Origin: an uncultured virus (IMG/VR IMGVR_UViG_3300010362_000017)
Taxonomy: Duplodnaviria; Heunggongvirae; Uroviricota; Caudoviricetes
Length of the DNA stretch: 64,000 bases
IMG/VR virus record: IMGVR_UViG_3300010362_000017
Reading direction: 5' to 3' (one strand)
Positions 62,870 through 64,000 of the stretch are shown piece after piece. The notes beneath the pieces were generated by a model that was not told the origin of the DNA, searched no databases, and worked only from the letters and a program-made list of their open reading frames with translations. The first letter of the stretch is position 1, and every line of letters begins with the position of its first letter. A program made the position numbers and the translations under genes.

Positions 62870-62920
62870 AAGGTACAGAGGCTTAACACCCTGTCAATAT
62901 GGCATCATGCCAATATGACA
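62870..62920 (-). promoter_or_regulatory. Early leftward promoter TTGACA-16-TACCTT with an overlapping imperfect palindrome
   Basis: -35 at 62897-62892, -10 at 62875-62870; palindrome TGTCAATATGGCAT-C-ATGCCAATATGACA at 62892-62920. Confidence 0.6.
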
Positions 62921-63207
62921 TAAGCCCTTGATCTATGCCGTACATTTATTTTTTGGACGCAATCAGGTCAGCGCCGCTGCCATATCTAGGGGTAGTAGGT
63001 CGGCCGATAGGTCAGCACTATTGCCAAGTCGTTGATTTCGCTGTGAGTTCCGGCGATTGAGCCTTGACCGGCTGCGCGAATCATGGCGAGATTCGCGTCG
63101 CGCGCGCGCGCATTCTTCTGTTGCCACAGTCTAGGGACTACCGAGAAAGCAAGGAAGAAGAAGCAAGTAAGACAGAGCGGCGGCGGTTTAGCTTCAAGGT
63201 GTAGTCA

Positions 63208-63420
63208 ATGGGCTGGGGCTACGATGATTTGCCGGAAATAGACCTGGGGGCGCAAGCCACCGATGAGGTCAAGCTCGGCCAACGCTACAGCGGCAAGCGG
63301 CACGCTAACACATGGGCCGCAGCGGGCCGGCAAGCGCAAGTCCCCATTTGGTGGCAAGAGGTCAAGCGGGTATGCCGCGAAGCCGGCGAGGCGCTCGAAC
63401 GGTCCCGGGTGACGCTATGA
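63208..63420 (+). CDS. Hypothetical protein
   Basis: 70 aa; its stop overlaps the next ATG. Confidence 0.45.
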   Translation: MGWGYDDLPEIDLGAQATDEVKLGQRYSGKRHANTWAAAGRQAQVPIWWQEVKRVCREAGEALERSRVTL

Positions 63421-63863
63421 CAACGCGCCGCGCCTTCCTGGCCGGCCTCGGTAGCCTCTTGGCCGCCCCAGCCATCGTGCAGTGCTCTAACCTCATGTCG
63501 CTCCGCGGCGTGCCGCTCCAGCTATGGGAGCACCGCGAGGTCGGCATCGGCTACGTCATCACCCGCCAGGCCGTCGAGAGCATGACTCGCGAGGCAAGCG
63601 AGCGCTGGCGTGAGCATCTGCGCACAACCCCGGACCTGACCGCCCATCAGCTATGGGACACGGATATGCTGGAGATCGCCGGCCCGCCTGCCGACGTGTT
63701 CAAAAGCTGGCGCCTCGGCCTCGGCTATGAAGGCCGCTACCCCAAACGCCTAGAACCGCGCCCCGGCCGCCTCTGGGTGCAAGGTGACCGCACAGACCGC
63801 GCCGCGCGCTACTTGCTCGGCCAACAAGCCATACCAGGCGACAAAGCGCGATCTACCAGCTAA
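63417..63863 (+). CDS. Protein with twin-arginine-like N-terminus and an MCP-like peptide
   Basis: MTTRRAFLAGLGSLLAAPAIV; EHREVGIGYVITRQAVE vs MCP EMKELSLGYIITRKAVE. Confidence 0.65.
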   Translation: MTTRRAFLAGLGSLLAAPAIVQCSNLMSLRGVPLQLWEHREVGIGYVITRQAVESMTREASERWREHLRTTPDLTAHQLWDTDMLEIAGPPADVFKSWRLGLGYEGRYPKRLEPRPGRLWVQGDRTDRAARYLLGQQAIPGDKARSTS

Positions 63864-63873
63864 CTTCCAAGGC

Positions 63874-64000
63874 ATGGGAAAGCCAACCACACCACGCCCT
63901 CGCAACGCCCTCGGCCAATACCTGGTCCGCCCCGGCGCAACACCGCGCAAGCGACCAGACCAGCCCCAGCCCGTCGACGCATGGTCTGGACAAGGTGGCG
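63874..64000 (+). CDS. 3'-truncated ORF; weak small-terminase candidate
   Basis: Open to the window edge (MGKPTTPRPRNALGQY...); the call is positional only. Confidence 0.25.
   Translation, partial: MGKPTTPRPRNALGQYLVRPGATPRKRPDQPQPVDAWSGQGG

Noticed and set aside
63095..63112. (CG)n run and possible origin or packaging site in the 62890-63207 gap
   Set aside because: No iterons or terminal repeats identifiable; a short CG run is unremarkable at this GC content.

Overview
The whole window reads as most of a GC-rich, podovirus-type dsDNA phage genome. The host is probably an alphaproteobacterium (Hyphomicrobiales-like); this is inferred from protein motifs only. Layout: (i) 1-42263, + strand virion/lysis operon: two fibre-like genes, portal, GroES-like co-chaperonin, scaffold, decoration protein, major capsid protein (MCP), adaptors, collagen-containing fibre, nozzle, three large internal/ejection proteins, GNAT-like protein, endolysin. 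It is interrupted at 20210-22383 by an accessory cassette (AsnB-like PP-loop ATPase plus an antisense cupin). (ii) 42260-50112, - strand: ERF recombinase, HNH-like protein, PEP-CTERM-like surface protein. (iii) 50134-55379, + strand: RHH regulator, DNA methyltransferase, SF2 helicase. (iv) 55445-62835, - strand early genes including a Ycf46-like AAA+ ATPase module. (v) a short + strand end. I recognised no large terminase, DNA polymerase, primase, integrase, tRNA or CRISPR array. Strongest leads: two unlinked small non-structural genes each carry a copy of the same MCP segment (residues ~79-105), one with only synonymous differences over 8 codons, suggesting capsid-mimic or decoy peptides; a short xxxGGx(V) motif recurs about 32 times across 8 virion-operon genes; a 32-Cys Gly-rich tract in the largest ejection protein sits next to the AsnB-like/cupin cassette; and there is a structured ~160-nt intergenic RNA candidate. 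All product calls come from motif recognition by eye; no searches were run.
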